A stretch of 64,000 bases of DNA from a virus, in the IMG/VR virus record IMGVR_UViG_3300045988_171725, positions 64,001 to 128,000 of that record; one strand, given 5' to 3'. The number at the start of each line of letters is the position of its first letter. Within the stretch, counting starts at the first letter, position 1. A program made the position numbers and the translations under genes. Below are positions 48,937 to 58,655 of the stretch, in pieces. The notes beneath the pieces were generated by a model. It searched no databases. It was not told where the DNA came from and saw only the letters and a list, made by a program, of their open reading frames with translations.

Positions 48937-49479
48937 ATGAATGTTTATTTTAGTTCAACGCATTTACAAACTTTGTGTGATTTAAAAGCGCTCGCAGAAA
49001 AGCATGGGTGTTTTATTCGTTTCGGGGTAAATCAAGAGAATTCGGTGAATGTAGATTTTGATAAATTTGATAAAGCGACAGAAAAGATCATTCACGAATT
49101 ATTAAATAAAGGAATATTTTCGCAGTCTGTGTATAATGTGACATCGATGTATTTTGAGCTCTTCGATAATAATAACAAGACCTATCATACACTTACTTAC
49201 AACGAGGGAAGCCAATCCACTTCTTATGAATTAGGTTGGGCTGACGAATTATCAGACGAAGCAATCTCTTTTTTGGAATATAATTTAGTCGAATGGCAAA
49301 CAATAGACGATATAGATGATACAAAGCTCACGATTTATTGTCGTTTAGATGAAACAAAAATTACAGGTTTCCCCAATCAAAAGCATCTAAGCGTTTATCG
49401 CGAAGGAATGGCGCTAAAATTTTTCGGTGATTTGGTTTGCGATTATCTCGGTGAAGAAAGAATTGTGAGGACTTATTAA
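48937..49479 (+). CDS. hypothetical protein (180 aa)
   Basis: Intact ORF, closely packed against its neighbours. Confidence 0.45.
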   Translation: MNVYFSSTHLQTLCDLKALAEKHGCFIRFGVNQENSVNVDFDKFDKATEKIIHELLNKGIFSQSVYNVTSMYFELFDNNNKTYHTLTYNEGSQSTSYELGWADELSDEAISFLEYNLVEWQTIDDIDDTKLTIYCRLDETKITGFPNQKHLSVYREGMALKFFGDLVCDYLGEERIVRTY

Positions 49480-49742
49480 TGACAAAAGACAGTTTTATTG
49501 CATCAATTAAACATTTTGAATCTTTACAAAAACGTTATCAAACCACTAATAACAAGAAGATGTGTGATATAATCTCCAATGCGTTGCAAAGCATGAATCT
49601 CTATTTTAGAATTAAAGATGTGATAGAAGAGTTTTATCCTACGAGCGCAGTTCAGCTAGAATTTTGGCTGGACAAAAATGGATGTTTATCGACTAAATAT
49701 ATTCAGGGAGGAGTACAACCGAATGATAAAGATTACGAATAA
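49479..49742 (+). CDS. hypothetical protein (87 aa)
   Basis: TAATG overlap with the upstream gene. Confidence 0.4.
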   Translation: MTKDSFIASIKHFESLQKRYQTTNNKKMCDIISNALQSMNLYFRIKDVIEEFYPTSAVQLEFWLDKNGCLSTKYIQGGVQPNDKDYE

Positions 49743-50031
49743 AGATTTTTATAAAAGATACAAAAGTTTCAGCGGTTCATTTCTCGAGTGGTTTCGTTCC
49801 TGCGTAAATGAACACGATGTTTTCCGTTTTTGGTACAAAGGCGACCCTGAAGATGTCAACGGTGATTACGTCCAAATTTCGAGTGTTATCGATATAGACG
49901 GAGACTTCCTGCTCGGATTGAAATTCGTCGATTGGAATGGCGAAGAGGAAGGGAAAGAAATGGTCGAGTTTGTAAGGTTGAGCGAAGTAAGAACAATCGA
50001 AATTTTCGCGAATGAGGAGAACGAGGAATGA
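49723..50031 (+). CDS. hypothetical protein (102 aa)
   Basis: GGAGGAG RBS then ATG 49723. Confidence 0.45.
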   Translation: MIKITNKDFYKRYKSFSGSFLEWFRSCVNEHDVFRFWYKGDPEDVNGDYVQISSVIDIDGDFLLGLKFVDWNGEEEGKEMVEFVRLSEVRTIEIFANEENEE

Positions 50032-50282
50032 GATTAGGCACGATTTCCGAATTAAGTCGCGAGCAACTCGAAAAGAAATTTCCGCGAAAAGGTTATTGCA
50101 TCACTTTTTACCCCGTGGAAGACGGTTTCCCCGACCCAATAAACGCACCGCAGATTTTCGTAAAACTTACCGAATCGAAAGCAAAAGAGTTGGCCGAACT
50201 TTTCGAAAAGACGAATGAGAAGAATGACGGACTGAAAATTACGATAGAAATTTTTGAAATAGGTGAGGTAGAAGATGTATAA
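50028..50282 (+). CDS. hypothetical protein (84 aa)
   Basis: ATGA overlap with the upstream gene. Confidence 0.4.
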   Translation: MRLGTISELSREQLEKKFPRKGYCITFYPVEDGFPDPINAPQIFVKLTESKAKELAELFEKTNEKNDGLKITIEIFEIGEVEDV

Positions 50283-50937
50283 ATTTCAAAAACCGTTATC
50301 GGAAATCGATTACATAATCAGCTTCGACCTCGCGCTTTATAAGACAGGTGTCTCGATTTACGACATTTCTCAAAAATCAATCGTTCGAACCGACAAAATC
50401 GAAGTCTCGCACACCGACGAAACGCCCGTCGCGACGCTTTATACGAAGCTCAAAGAGTATTTGACCTCGGCAGTCGAGAAATACGGCAATTTGTTGATGA
50501 TTGTCAAAGAAGCGATGCCCGCGCAGGCAGGTCGATTTACGACTATCGCAACGCTCCAAACGCTCGCGAAAGCGCACGCGGCTCTCGACATCGCGGTTGC
50601 AAAGGTGGACGGAGTTGATTTCTACGACGAAGTGGGCGTTCACGCGGTCTCGGTAAAAGCGCTTTTCAAAACCGAGGAAACGCCGAAGCCGACAAAGACC
50701 GACATCAAAAAAGCGGTTTGCGCCCATTATGGGCTGAAAGCGGGCGATTTGACGGACGATGAAAGCGATTCGGTCGCGGTGATTTACACGCTCATAAAGA
50801 AGAAATGGAACGCGGATTTGAAGGATGAGATAAAACGCGTTAAAAAAGAGATGAAAGGCTTAAAACAGGAACGAGCAATCGCCGCTCACGAGAAGAGAAT
50901 CGAAGAATTACAGGCGATGATTTTGGAGGTAGAATAA
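50275..50937 (+). CDS. RuvC-like Holliday junction resolvase
   Basis: IISFDLALYKTG (first catalytic Asp), VKEAMP (Glu) and DESDSVAV (Asp pair) occur in RuvC order. Confidence 0.65.
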   Translation: MYKFQKPLSEIDYIISFDLALYKTGVSIYDISQKSIVRTDKIEVSHTDETPVATLYTKLKEYLTSAVEKYGNLLMIVKEAMPAQAGRFTTIATLQTLAKAHAALDIAVAKVDGVDFYDEVGVHAVSVKALFKTEETPKPTKTDIKKAVCAHYGLKAGDLTDDESDSVAVIYTLIKKKWNADLKDEIKRVKKEMKGLKQERAIAAHEKRIEELQAMILEVE

Positions 50938-51491
50938 TGGCACTTAATACGGGTGTCCTAACAAGTAATCGAACGGCAGATGGGGACGAACAATATACAC
51001 CCTTTTATGCGTGTGATCCAATCGTGAAATACATTCCTAAAGATTGGATAGTCTGGTGCCCGTGCGACGAAGAATGGTCGGCTTATGTGCGGTTGTTCAA
51101 AGAAAGCGGTTATAAAGTAATTCGCAGTTCGTTATCTGACGGAAAAGATTTTTTGAAATATGAACCCGAAGAACATTACGATGTTATAATTACGAATTTG
51201 CCGTTTTCATTAAAGACCAAAACGCTTAAAAGACTTGATGAACTCGGAAAGCCGTTCGCGGTTTTATTACCGCTAAACAGTTTACAAGGGCAAGATAGGT
51301 TTGAAGTTTTCAGTCACGGGATTCAGCTGCTCGCGTTTGATAAAAGAATTGGATTTCACTCGCCGAAAAGTATGGATAGAACAATCGAAGGCTCACCATT
51401 TGCAAGCGCATATTTTTGCAGAGGGATTTTACCGAGAGATTTGATTTTGGAAGAGTTAGTAAAATATGAGAGACCGCTAATTAGTGAATAA
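50937..51491 (+). CDS. putative N6-adenine-type methyltransferase-like protein (NLPF variant of NPPF)
   Basis: YDVIITNLPFSLKTK...GKPFAVLLP resembles motif IV and its context in small phage methyltransferases. The SAM-binding motif I is not obvious. Confidence 0.4.
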   Translation: MALNTGVLTSNRTADGDEQYTPFYACDPIVKYIPKDWIVWCPCDEEWSAYVRLFKESGYKVIRSSLSDGKDFLKYEPEEHYDVIITNLPFSLKTKTLKRLDELGKPFAVLLPLNSLQGQDRFEVFSHGIQLLAFDKRIGFHSPKSMDRTIEGSPFASAYFCRGILPRDLILEELVKYERPLISE

Positions 51492-51536
51492 AAGACCAAT
51501 TTTATTACACGGCAAAAATAAAAAAAGAGGGTAAAA

Positions 51537-51773
51537 ATGGAAACTTGGGAAAAAGAATTATTAAAAAAACCAAAGGAAATGCAAGAGCGTTATTATAAAT
51601 TCGTCGAAGATGTGAAGGCGAATTTCGACAATGAGGACGCAGTTCTTTTGGAAAACGAACCAAATGCCCTTCGCGTTGTGAAATGGATTGTAGAACACGA
51701 AAGCCTCGATATTCCAGCCGCGTGTTACATTTATTGTTTTTGTGATTTTTGGGAAAACGTTTTATATATGTAA
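51537..51773 (+). CDS. hypothetical protein (78 aa)
   Basis: AGAGGG RBS. Confidence 0.45.
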   Translation: METWEKELLKKPKEMQERYYKFVEDVKANFDNEDAVLLENEPNALRVVKWIVEHESLDIPAACYIYCFCDFWENVLYM

Positions 51774-51798
51774 ATTTTCAAAAACTTCGTTCAAACGC

Positions 51799-51827
51799 TT
51801 GACGGGGACGAAGTTTTGTGTTATAAT
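51799..51827 (+). promoter_or_regulatory. early promoter P5 (TTGACG -35)
   Basis: TTGACG 51799-51804, 17-nt spacer, TG, TATAAT 51822-51827. The -35 box sits in the loop of a 10-bp inverted repeat, AAAACTTCGT 51781-51790 / ACGAAGTTTT 51808-51817. Confidence 0.65.
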
Positions 51828-51849
51828 GAAGCCACAATTGGAGGTAGTT

Positions 51850-52050
51850 ATGAAAAGACTCAACGCGAAAGGTATGGAAAAACTCAACGAAATCTCGGAA
51901 AAATATCGTTTTAAATCAACGTTCGAGATAGAGCAAGAAGAAGTTTATGATTTTTGCAACGATATTTTAAAGGCGGCTTATCTCGGGCTTGATCTCGACC
52001 CCGAAGATTTAGACTGGATTACTGAAGTTAGAGACGCGATGTGCGAATAA
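51850..52050 (+). CDS. hypothetical protein (66 aa)
   Basis: GGAGGT RBS then ATG 51850. The listed start at 51742 runs through the promoter. Confidence 0.45.
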   Translation: MKRLNAKGMEKLNEISEKYRFKSTFEIEQEEVYDFCNDILKAAYLGLDLDPEDLDWITEVRDAMCE

Positions 52051-52060
52051 GGAGCAGGCT

Positions 52061-52468
52061 ATGAGAACGAAAAATAAAGACATCGCAATGATCTGTAAAG
52101 GATTTTATGTGGTCACTAATGAATATCGTGATCCTATTTCAGCATTAAAAGATTATATCAAAGAATATACAGGAAACGCAGAATTATCGTCGGAGAGTCT
52201 TTTGCATCATTTGACGAAAGCTGTTTTGGAATTTATACCAAAAGAAGAATTGCTAAGAGCGGCATTTACACAATCTTCTCAAATTGGAAATACAGAGATA
52301 AAACCACGGTGTTTTTTAGAACATCTTTATCTTCGTTTGTTGGGCGGGATTGCGATGGACGAGATTGGAGTGAACGATTATCTTGAAATTTGGGAATATA
52401 TTGAAGATAATCGTCATAGTAAAAAACCTTGGTGGTCTATTGACAAATTTAAGGAGAATATTAAATGA
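52061..52468 (+). CDS. hypothetical protein (135 aa)
   Basis: AAGGAG RBS. Confidence 0.45.
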   Translation: MRTKNKDIAMICKGFYVVTNEYRDPISALKDYIKEYTGNAELSSESLLHHLTKAVLEFIPKEELLRAAFTQSSQIGNTEIKPRCFLEHLYLRLLGGIAMDEIGVNDYLEIWEYIEDNRHSKKPWWSIDKFKENIK

Positions 52469-52905
52469 GACTGTGGCATATTGATTTAATTCCGTATCTT
52501 CCAAAATCGCAGTTGCTTGCGCAGTGGCGCGAACTCAACTCGATATACGCAAAACAAGACAAGCACATTTTGATCAATTATATATACGATTACAACCGTC
52601 ATTACCTCAAAGCGTATTCAGACAAGGTAATTGCTGAAATGCGGCGGCGCGAAATAAATATTCGTGATTTTTCGAAATACGACGATTATTTTTGGGGAAT
52701 GCAAAACGGGTTTGCGGGAAAAGAAATCATCGGGTTAGAATCGGGCTTGCGGTTCAAAGAGCACGACGATGAATATTTACGGATTTGTTATTACAATCTC
52801 AAAGAGAAATATATGCGCGGGCAAAAAGATTTTGATTACCCGACGTGGATAAAATTATATTATTTTTGCAAAAATATTTTAGAAAAGGAGAAGACAAATG
52901 GCTGA
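52465..52905 (+). CDS. pyrimidine-dimer DNA glycosylase (T4 endonuclease V family)-like protein
   Basis: The N-terminal MRLWHIDLIPYLPKSQLLAQWRELNSIY matches the MRLWH..L...LP..QLL.QHRE signature of this family. Confidence 0.55.
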   Translation: MRLWHIDLIPYLPKSQLLAQWRELNSIYAKQDKHILINYIYDYNRHYLKAYSDKVIAEMRRREINIRDFSKYDDYFWGMQNGFAGKEIIGLESGLRFKEHDDEYLRICYYNLKEKYMRGQKDFDYPTWIKLYYFCKNILEKEKTNG

Positions 52906-53389
52906 ATTTCCAAAAGTGATATGTAAGGAATTTGACCACAATCGACAAGTGATTTCCGATTGGGACGTTTTACATTATCGCGAAGATGACATCAAAAAAC
53001 TCAAAAAGAAGTGCGCGACGCGAGCCGAGTTTGCAGAAGAACTTCGCAAAGAATTTATGTGGCGGTTTTGGTCGAAAGCCGAACACGAACTCATCATAAG
53101 CAGAACCGAAGACGGGAGAATTCTGCTTATACCGTGGTGCGGCTGCCGCGATGACGAAAAAGCGACAATCGACGTGACGGACGATTATTCGCAGCTCGAT
53201 TGGGGCGCGTTCGCTGATTACCATATAAATAAGCAGATTTTCAAAACAGAGGCAAAAATCGACGTTTACGACCAAATTATGTTCGGCGACAGATTCGAAA
53301 AGTTGGTCGATGCGTTATGGACAACGCGACTTAAATACGAGCGCGACAACCCCAAATTCCACGATAAAAACAAGGAGAACAAACAATGA
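52898..53389 (+). CDS. hypothetical protein (163 aa)
   Basis: AAGGAG RBS. Confidence 0.45.
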   Translation: MAEFPKVICKEFDHNRQVISDWDVLHYREDDIKKLKKKCATRAEFAEELRKEFMWRFWSKAEHELIISRTEDGRILLIPWCGCRDDEKATIDVTDDYSQLDWGAFADYHINKQIFKTEAKIDVYDQIMFGDRFEKLVDALWTTRLKYERDNPKFHDKNKENKQ

Positions 53390-53898
53390 GTTGGAATAGA
53401 CAATCAGTTAGAGAATTCAACCGCAAAAACAAAACCAATTACACAAAGGCGGAGCTTGAAGCACTCGACTTCGCAATAAAGTTCCGCGCAGGCAACGCGA
53501 ACGTTCAATCAATGAGCGACCTCGCACTTAACCCGTTTATCAACATCGAACTCGAAGAGCCGATTCCCGAAGGAACGGAAGTGAAGCTTAATTACGAGGT
53601 CATAAAGAACCGCCCGACTTATCCGAGATTATCGCAGAAATATAAGGATTTCATCGAGGCGAACAAAGACGCGATTTTACACACGACGGACGAGAATGCG
53701 AAGAAGGGTTACGTTTGTCTCGCGGAAGACCCCGACAAGTTGTGGTTATGGACGCCGCTTTTCGACCTTTTGTATCGGAACGAAGCGGGTGAGTTTGTGG
53801 AATACGGCGACTCGATTTTGGCGCCGAAAGAAGAAGAAAAAGAGGGAGAGGAAGAAAATGTATCAAACAAAACTGACGAAGGAACAGTTATCGTATAA
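53386..53898 (+). CDS. hypothetical protein (170 aa)
   Basis: ATGA overlap with the upstream gene. Confidence 0.45.
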   Translation: MSWNRQSVREFNRKNKTNYTKAELEALDFAIKFRAGNANVQSMSDLALNPFINIELEEPIPEGTEVKLNYEVIKNRPTYPRLSQKYKDFIEANKDAILHTTDENAKKGYVCLAEDPDKLWLWTPLFDLLYRNEAGEFVEYGDSILAPKEEEKEGEEENVSNKTDEGTVIV

Positions 53899-54016
53899 CA
53901 TTGCGTATCATCTCGAAAAGGAGACCGACAAACCGACGCATGAAGTTATTATCGAAACATTGGCGGCATACGAAGAAAAACCAAAAAAAGCATCAAAAAC
54001 GCTTGACAACGATTAA
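53858..54016 (+). CDS. hypothetical small protein (52 aa)
   Basis: GGAGAGG RBS then ATG 53858. Overlaps the upstream gene's end. Confidence 0.35.
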   Translation: MYQTKLTKEQLSYNIAYHLEKETDKPTHEVIIETLAAYEEKPKKASKTLDND

Positions 54017-54031
54017 AAAGCGTGCTATAAT
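54003..54031 (+). promoter_or_regulatory. early promoter P6
   Basis: TTGACA 54003-54008, 17-nt spacer, TG, TATAAT 54026-54031. Confidence 0.7.
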
Positions 54032-54062
54032 GAAAGAAAAGTGATTAAAAGGAGCAAATTAA

Positions 54063-55280
54063 ATGGCAGTTTATTTTGACGCGGTGGGAACAATTCATCC
54101 CATCAAGGAAACAGAAAAGTTTAAGGCGGTTGAATACCTCAGATTCGATTCGGGCTGGGCGAAGAAAGTTCTTCGTTTCAACTTCCGCACCAACACGGGC
54201 TCGGTAACGAATATGGAAATTTCCGCGCTTTACAGAGCGAATGAAGACGGAACCCCCGCAGACGACAACAAAACTTACGTCAGAGAGGGAGGTTGGATTG
54301 AGTACCTCGAAAGAAAAAAGCATTCGGGGAAAGGCAGATTTATGACGAGTTTTCTCGATAAATCGCCTTATAAGGTCGCAAATGTTCTTAAAGCGTATGA
54401 CGAGGGAAATCTTTCGACTTATGATGCGGACAAATACGGCATTCATTCCGATAAAGATTACGAAGAATTAAGTAAAAAATATAACAGTTGCGTAAAATAC
54501 TTCCTTTTCGACATTGATTTTATCAATTACTTCGAAAGAATTTTGGAAAATTACGACAAGTTCCTCAAAGGCAGACTTATGAGGGTGAGCGGCGAATGGA
54601 CGTTTGAATATTCGACGCAGAAAGACGCGATTTACAAGAAATTCGTGCCCAGCCGCATTGAATATTGCCACGATGAAGACCCCGTTCAGGTCATCGCGCT
54701 TAAAGTCCCGTTTATTTTCAAGGGCAAAAACCCGATTGCGGTCGGCAAAGGCGATAAAAAGGTGCTTAAAGGTTACACAAATTACTTCGCGAGAGAATTT
54801 AAGACTGAAGAATTCAAAGGCAAATACCTCGCCCCCATTGAAATCGTTATTCCCGAAAATCTCGAACAGTCGATTTCTAACAGATTCGATAAAGAAGACC
54901 CAACCGTAACATCGGATTACAAGTTATGGAATTTGAATTGTGCTTATATCAACGGCGCAGAAAAGAAAGATATCGAAGAAGACGATTTGTCCCCCGACGA
55001 GAAGTTCGATATCGAGTGTGGTTTCAGAACGCTTGAAGAAATTAGAGCCGAACACGCGAAAGCCGATAAAGGCGCGGACGAAAAAGGCAAATATGACTCG
55101 ACCAAAGTTTACGGTGACAGAATTACCGAAATCAGACTTATAAAGTGCGGCGAAAAAGGTAATCCCGAAAACGCCGAATATGACGATAGACAGACCGAAA
55201 GTCCGTCGCACGACATACCCGAAGAAGTAAAACAAGCAGTCGGCGCGGAAAGCGATGACGACGATATTTTTGAGATTTAA
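54063..55280 (+). CDS. putative ssDNA-binding / recombination accessory protein with an acidic C-terminal tail
   Basis: Lies directly upstream of the ERF annealase gene. The C-terminus ...AESDDDDIFEI is an SSB/gp2.5-style acidic tail ending in aromatic/hydrophobic residues. The body of the protein was not recognised. Confidence 0.3.
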   Translation: MAVYFDAVGTIHPIKETEKFKAVEYLRFDSGWAKKVLRFNFRTNTGSVTNMEISALYRANEDGTPADDNKTYVREGGWIEYLERKKHSGKGRFMTSFLDKSPYKVANVLKAYDEGNLSTYDADKYGIHSDKDYEELSKKYNSCVKYFLFDIDFINYFERILENYDKFLKGRLMRVSGEWTFEYSTQKDAIYKKFVPSRIEYCHDEDPVQVIALKVPFIFKGKNPIAVGKGDKKVLKGYTNYFAREFKTEEFKGKYLAPIEIVIPENLEQSISNRFDKEDPTVTSDYKLWNLNCAYINGAEKKDIEEDDLSPDEKFDIECGFRTLEEIRAEHAKADKGADEKGKYDSTKVYGDRITEIRLIKCGEKGNPENAEYDDRQTESPSHDIPEEVKQAVGAESDDDDIFEI

Positions 55281-55293
55281 TCGGAGGTAAGAT

Positions 55294-55989
55294 ATGAATA
55301 TTTTTGAGAAAATTCAGGCGGTAAGAGTTGAACTCCGCCACACAAAGCTTAAAATGAGCGGCAAGAACAGGTTCGCGAATTACGAATACATGGAACTCGA
55401 CGATTTCCTTCCCACGCTCAACGAACTTATGAACAAGTATAAGATGACGGCAATTGCGTCGTTCACGAGAGAAAAAGCGATTCTCACGGCGATCGACTGT
55501 GAAAAGCCCGAAGATAGATATACGATTGAATCTCCGTTTGGAACAGCCGACCTTAAAGGCTGTCACGAAGTTCAGTGCATCGGCGCGGTCGAGACTTATC
55601 AGCGTCGTTACCTTTATCAGGCAATGTTCGACATCGCAGAAAGCGATGGTTTGAACAAGTCGCAGGGCGACCCGAGCAAACCTGCTCCGAAGAAGACGGC
55701 TGAATTCCCGAATCATACAGAAGAAGAGCCGCTTCCTGGCGAAGAAAAACCCGCTGCAAAGCCTGTGAAACCCGTTGATGAAAAAGACCCGAACGGTGCG
55801 GAAAGAGCGGCAAAAATAAAGGAAGTTTTCAACGCGAAGAGAAAGGCAAAAGAATTGACGACCGATACGCAAAAAGCGGTTAAGAAGTTGTTAGTTGAAA
55901 ATAGTGAAGACGGCACGGGAATGATAGACGGAAATTACTCGACGAGGGTTTATGACCAACTCGAAGAACTTCTCGGAATCGGTGAATAA
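55294..55989 (+). CDS. ERF-family single-strand annealing protein
   Basis: MNIFEKIQAVRVEL....SGKNRFANYEYMELDDFLPTLNELMNKY... and ETYQRRYLYQAMFDI match the conserved ERF N-terminal domain pattern. Confidence 0.6.
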   Translation: MNIFEKIQAVRVELRHTKLKMSGKNRFANYEYMELDDFLPTLNELMNKYKMTAIASFTREKAILTAIDCEKPEDRYTIESPFGTADLKGCHEVQCIGAVETYQRRYLYQAMFDIAESDGLNKSQGDPSKPAPKKTAEFPNHTEEEPLPGEEKPAAKPVKPVDEKDPNGAERAAKIKEVFNAKRKAKELTTDTQKAVKKLLVENSEDGTGMIDGNYSTRVYDQLEELLGIGE

Positions 55990-56063
55990 GCTAAACTGCC
56001 ATTTTGGTTTAGATATGGGAAAGCGTGGAAAGTAAAATTTCTGCGCTTTTTCTCGCCAAACAC

Positions 56064-56092
56064 TTGACAAAAAGGTTTTATTGTGATATAAT
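56064..56092 (+). promoter_or_regulatory. early promoter P7
   Basis: TTGACA 56064-56069, 17-nt spacer, TG 56084-56085, TATAAT 56087-56092. Confidence 0.7.
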
Positions 56093-56117
56093 AAGTTCAT
56101 AAAACGGAGGTAAAGAT

Positions 56118-56321
56118 ATGACAAGCAAAGAAAAGTTTATGAAGTCTTTCAAGGCGGATATTCAAATACAAAAAGAGAAAAAGGAACTCGCAGAAAAACT
56201 CGCTGAAAGAATTAAGAACGAATTTTACATTCAATTCGACGAGATCATTCCGTCGATTATGGCGGATCAAATTGACAAAATTGTGAAAGAAGTTCTCGAC
56301 GAAGAGTTTTTTGGCAATTAA
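56118..56321 (+). CDS. hypothetical protein (67 aa)
   Basis: GGAGGT RBS. Confidence 0.45.
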   Translation: MTSKEKFMKSFKADIQIQKEKKELAEKLAERIKNEFYIQFDEIIPSIMADQIDKIVKEVLDEEFFGN

Positions 56322-56353
56322 AGGTCGTGAATTCGATGCCTTTGGAGGAATAA

Positions 56354-56887
56354 ATGCAAGTAAAATGTCAAATTTGCGGCAAATCAATCGACCGTTCAAC
56401 TGCATATAAAGTCGTGGTCGGTGGCACGAACAAATATTTCTGCTCGGAAGAAGAATTTAACGCCGATAAAGCCCGCAAAGACCACGCGAAAGAAATCCTC
56501 GAAACGATAACCGAATGTTATCAATATTGCGCTGGGTACGGCGAGCCGCCTTATAATATAATCAGAAAAGAGCTCGGCGAAAATCTCAAAGCAGTTGACG
56601 CAGAGACGATTTATCAATTCGTAAAAGAGAATCGTGAAAAGCTTAAAAAGACAGTCGACAAGAAAATCGAGCGAGACGGACCGTTTTCACGAGCTTATTT
56701 TGTATTTCGATATGTAAGCGGAATAATTAAACGGGAAATATTAGAAAAGGATTGGAAGGCGAAACAAGTCACGCCAACAGTCCAAAAAACGGGGATTGAC
56801 TTGAATTTTTACAATGTTAAACCAAACACAAATCAACTTAAAAAGAGACGTTCGTTAGACGAATTGGAGGACGAAGTAGATGGCTAA
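56354..56887 (+). CDS. zinc-finger protein, possible helicase loader/replication organiser
   Basis: N-terminal CQICGK...YFCSEEEF. The gene lies directly upstream of, and overlaps, the helicase gene. Confidence 0.3.
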   Translation: MQVKCQICGKSIDRSTAYKVVVGGTNKYFCSEEEFNADKARKDHAKEILETITECYQYCAGYGEPPYNIIRKELGENLKAVDAETIYQFVKENREKLKKTVDKKIERDGPFSRAYFVFRYVSGIIKREILEKDWKAKQVTPTVQKTGIDLNFYNVKPNTNQLKKRRSLDELEDEVDG

Positions 56888-58451
56888 CAAAGAGGCTTTT
56901 ATTGCTGGAATATGTGACAAAATAGATGAAAGGCTTCTCGAAGATCGTGTTACGGTCGAAGGAAACGCCGTCTCAATCTTTTTACAGGATTTGACGAATT
57001 ACAACGATATTAATTATAAACCCGAAGATTTCCTGACGAAAGACGGGCGATTCCTTTTTTGCGTAGGAAAGTCGCTTCGTGATTTAGGATATAATTACCT
57101 CGATGAAGTAACAATTATGTCGAAGTGTTCGCAGGAAATCAAAGACAGGATTTCCGCACTCGGCGGGTATAAGACGATTCAACACCTTCTCGATGTCGTG
57201 AATGCTGAAAACGCCGACGCAATTCTCGATGATTTGACAAAGAGCAATATCTTGGTTAAACTTTATAAAAGCGGGTTCAATCTCTTCGATGAAGTAACGC
57301 TCGATAACGGAAAACGCATTTCCCCGTTTAAATTGTTTAAGAATTTCACTTCGACGGAAGTTCTTGATTGGTATGACGCGAAAATCAGCGGATTGAGCGA
57401 GGTAAATAATAACCAAATCATTTACGATGAATACGTCGATTTCGGCGAGAAATTTATCTCGGATTTGCAAAACAACGTCGACAGCGGTGTCTCGTTCGCA
57501 GATGCGGGCGAAGACATTAACGGCGATAAAATCAGCATCGCGCCTTTTTTAAGCAGTAACATACTCGGTCTCGCGCCTGGGACATTGAGCCTTTTCGGCG
57601 GGTTCAGCGGCGTTGGCAAAACGACTTATATGGTCGGCGTGATTATGGCACTTATTTCGCAAGGGAAGAAGGTCCTCGTGCTCGAAAACGAAATCATGAA
57701 GAACAAACTTTACCTTATGATTTTCAGTTGGTTTATTTCCCGCTATATGGGTTATCAGAAACTCCCGAAGAAAAAACTCGAATCGGGCGTTTATACCGAC
57801 GAAGAAAAGAAGGTAATCGCCGAGGCCGAAAAGCAATGGAAAGAGAAATTCGCAGACAAATTGCGCGTTGTCGGTTTATCGTCGGCAAACTCGAAGTTAA
57901 GTTCGCAAATTATCAAAAACTCGGTTCTCCGTTCGGGGTTCGACGTTTTTATTGTCGATACGTTTAAACTTGACGATAACGCGGACATAAACGGCGCATT
58001 GTGGCAAGTTATGAAGAACAACATCAGCGAACTCGAAGGACTGACAAAGAAGTACGGAGTTATCGGTATCGCGACCGTTCAGCTGACGAACAACGACCTA
58101 AAACGGTTGTGGCTTGATTCAAGTTGCCTCGGAACATCGAAAGGTATAAAAGAAGTGTGTTCTAACTTGATTTTGCTCAGAAAGCTTGGGGGAGATTTGG
58201 AGTTAATTAACGGCTCGGATATTTACTGCCGCCCGTTCCGTTCGAAGAAAAACGAGCAGGGCGACTGGATAGAAGAACCATACGATGCCGATCCGAGCAA
58301 GGTTTGGAGAGTGCTTTTTATAGATAAGTCGCGTTCGGGACCTGACAGCGGTGATACGGGCGTAGCGTATTTGCTGAGATACGACGGTGATCACTGCTCG
58401 TTTTACGAAACGGCGAAGTGCCGCCCTGTTCGAAAAATCATAAATGGATAA
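56880..58451 (+). CDS. DnaB-like replicative DNA helicase
   Basis: Walker A GGFSGVGKTTYMVGV, Walker B-like FDVFIVDTF, RecA-type C-terminal domain. Size is 523 aa. Confidence 0.7.
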   Translation: MANKEAFIAGICDKIDERLLEDRVTVEGNAVSIFLQDLTNYNDINYKPEDFLTKDGRFLFCVGKSLRDLGYNYLDEVTIMSKCSQEIKDRISALGGYKTIQHLLDVVNAENADAILDDLTKSNILVKLYKSGFNLFDEVTLDNGKRISPFKLFKNFTSTEVLDWYDAKISGLSEVNNNQIIYDEYVDFGEKFISDLQNNVDSGVSFADAGEDINGDKISIAPFLSSNILGLAPGTLSLFGGFSGVGKTTYMVGVIMALISQGKKVLVLENEIMKNKLYLMIFSWFISRYMGYQKLPKKKLESGVYTDEEKKVIAEAEKQWKEKFADKLRVVGLSSANSKLSSQIIKNSVLRSGFDVFIVDTFKLDDNADINGALWQVMKNNISELEGLTKKYGVIGIATVQLTNNDLKRLWLDSSCLGTSKGIKEVCSNLILLRKLGGDLELINGSDIYCRPFRSKKNEQGDWIEEPYDADPSKVWRVLFIDKSRSGPDSGDTGVAYLLRYDGDHCSFYETAKCRPVRKIING

Positions 58452-58475
58452 CCTTAAATGGCATAGGAGATTTGT

Positions 58476-58637
58476 ATGAGTGAATTGGAAGAAATGCTTA
58501 AAAAATTATATGGTTTACCGCCCTATGATAATTGGTCGAATATTTGTTACGGCGATGGATATTTTGCTAAATCTATTGAAGACAAATTTTCAGAGCAAGA
58601 AATTAAGCAGGCAAAAAAGAAATTAAAAATTTTTTGA
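58476..58637 (+). CDS. hypothetical small protein (53 aa)
   Basis: AGGAGA RBS then ATG 58476. It is below the ORF-track cut-off. Confidence 0.4.
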   Translation: MSELEEMLKKLYGLPPYDNWSNICYGDGYFAKSIEDKFSEQEIKQAKKKLKIF

Positions 58638-58655
58638 AAAACCTCGTAAAAACGC

